Position numbers and translations under genes: made by a program. A stretch of DNA of 64,000 nucleotides from Eremomyces bilateralis CBS 781.70. Its lineage: Eukaryota. Below are positions 61,903-64,000 of the stretch, piece by piece (the first letter of the stretch is position 1; every line of letters starts with the position of its first letter). The notes below the pieces were generated by a model. The model worked only from the letters and a program-made list of their open reading frames with translations. It was not told the origin of the DNA and made no database searches. Where the stretch lies: NCBI GenBank assembly GCA_010015585.1, contig ML975176.1. One strand, written 5' to 3'.

Positions 61903-64000
61903 ATGCCCGCGCTCAGAGCCACCCGCCAGTCGAATCGCACCTCGCGAACCTCCAGTCCCTATGTCCATTCCCCGAATGAACCGTCGACCCAGACGACCAC
62001 CAAAGAGTCGAATCGCGTGGATCCCGATGTGTGGGACGAGCCTCCCCTGAAGGATCCGGCCCCGAGTTTCGAAGAGCATGGATTTGATCGCGTCGGAGTG
62101 CTCGAGACCATGGCGCCGCTGGGGTCATTGCCGAGTCTCAAGTTGAAGGGGAAAACGAAGGACTCCATCCGACGATCGACCTTGTCGCGGTCGGCGCTCG
62201 GGAACCAGTCCGAGGACGCGTTGGACAGTGCGAAGACCACGCCTTCCATTCCGCCGAGTCGATCACAATCACACATGCCGGAAGGGCAACCCAGTCGCGA
62301 CGTTTCGGAGCCGAGAGATGAAGAGGAGGATGAAGAATATGTTCCGAATGGGCATGGTCCGGTGACGCGACATTCTAAGCCGCCTACGAAACTGAACATC
62401 TCCTTTGCCGCGCTCAACCAAAACCCACCACCGGTAACTCCTAGCCGTCGAAGGTCGAAAGGAAGAGATCGCCTTCTTAAGGAGTCGGTGACGGAAGCGA
62501 TCAAAGTCGCGGAACAGAACGGTCAAATTTTGATCGCCATCACGCTGCAGACGTTGCTTGATAACCGGACGCGGGAAGTTGCAGTCGATGATTTAATCCA
62601 CGACATCCTGCATCAGCGGAAGATGACGGCATCTCAGGTTGAGCTCATGCGACGATTTTTTGCACTGTCAACGAAGCGCATGAATTCAACACGAAGCCGA
62701 GACCGTGGTTATATCAAGGCTATCACCTCGATCGGCGCCGCCGAGAACCGCCAACACACCCAATTTTCACCTCATCCATCCCATCTACCATTTCACAACA
62801 ATCTCCCAACAAACACCCCCGATTCGCAACCTTCTCATTCCATCAAATCCTCGCCCGTTCACCCCTCGTTAGATGCATCAAGTCAACCCGGTAGCAAGCG
62901 GAGGTCACCACGGAAGGTCATGACAACCAACGGAACGGGAAAATCTACGACCAACGATCAATCTCAAGCCGACCAAGGGCGAGAACGGGCAAGAAGTGTC
63001 TCGTCGACTTCGTCTCTCAGTTCTGTTGACGAGGCCATCGTCGAGGAAGGCTCACCCAGCACCGTCGCATTGAAGAACCTCATCGGTAACAGCCCCCGTA
63101 CCTCCAACCGCCCAAACGGCCCATTCCGAGATCTGAATCGAACCATGGCGACATTTTTTGGCGGCCAGCACAACAAAAAGCGATCCCACGACGCGATGGC
63201 GGGTCCGATGGATGCCGAGGCTGAGCAGTTGCTCCGCAAGAAATTCATGCGAGCATTCCCTGACTATCACGTCGATTCCAGCGAGATCCGCTCCAGCGTG
63301 CAGCGGGCTAAGGAAGCCGAGGAGCGGGCACCAGCCCCCGTTGAGCCCTCGCGAACCACCCGACAGTCTCTTGCTGGCCCTCTCCTGCCTCCACGGACGG
63401 CGCATGCTCTGCAGTATCCGTTTGCAGGCCGCTCCCGAGAAGCATCACCACGAGAAGGCAACAAATTGAAAACGGCTGCAGCACGTGTTAAGACATCGTA
63501 AGTGCCATTTCCCTAAGATCAGTCTGTTCTTCTATTCACATTTTCGTGTTTGTTTCACATTAAAAAAGCACACGTGGACGGTCGGACATCCATTACGCGT
63601 TCTACCTTGGGAGATCCGGAGCATGTTCAAGGCGACAAAGTTCTCACTGGGTGCAACGACGCCAGATGAGTGATAAAGAGCCGGCTAACCATTTGTCACA
63701 TTTCTAGGCCGGTCAAGAAACGCAATGTTGGCGGCACAGGCAGCGGGCGAAATACTGGTGGCCAAGGGAGCCCGATCGGGCTGGAGGAGAGCGAAGAGCT
63801 GATGGTGAGCAAAACCCCCCACTCCCCTTTCAAAAACCCCCCAAAACGTTCCCCCGTCCAACCACCCGCACCACCACTCGCATCACCCGCGCCACGGCAC
63901 TTCCTCCAAGTTTCCAACCCGCGCACCTCACACACACATTCTTCCTGCCCATCCACCATCCATGATCCTTCCATGACCCTTCATCTCCATCTCGGCACCA
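61903..64000 (+). CDS. Chromatin protein N-terminal part, probably a PHD-finger (Rco1-like) protein; runs off the window
   Basis: WDEPPL..PAPSF.EHG..R.GVLE.MAPLG motif, SSTSSLSSVD and ARVKTS|PVKK (intron ~63499-63707). I recall these from fungal PHD-finger proteins, but the PHD itself is not in the window. Confidence 0.6.

Overview
Gene-dense, intron-rich genomic DNA from a filamentous ascomycete (Pezizomycotina). It has short GT-AG introns with CTRAY branch sites and fungal housekeeping genes: HEM14, POL5, ATG9, COG6, BolA, NIF3, adenylate cyclase, RFT1, MRM2, OST3/6, SUA5, CDB4 and a probable PHD/Rco1-like gene, plus a Zn2Cys6 regulator, a CorA-like transporter, an acyltransferase-3, a GH43 and an EEP-family gene. 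The most notable content is mobile DNA. (1) The right part (1-4680) of an apparently intact helicase-encoding Academ (AcademH-type) DNA transposon carries a RecQ-like helicase and a convergent DUF6589-type DDE transposase. Its ~110-bp end folds into a nested hairpin. (2) A non-autonomous relative of that element (30636-31333) is followed directly by an extra terminal copy (31334-31431). Compared with the 4571-4680 end, that copy shows two compensatory base-pair changes, suggesting the structure itself is selected. (3) An intact Fot1/pogo (DD35D) element with perfect 54-bp TIRs lies 35 bp after the ATG9 stop. (4) A decayed copy of the same pogo family contains a TSD-less solo-LTR-like insert that replaces ~430 bp. 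A CorA-like gene model also carries an in-frame TGA. All calls come from reading the sequence; no database searches were run, and exon boundaries are manual estimates.
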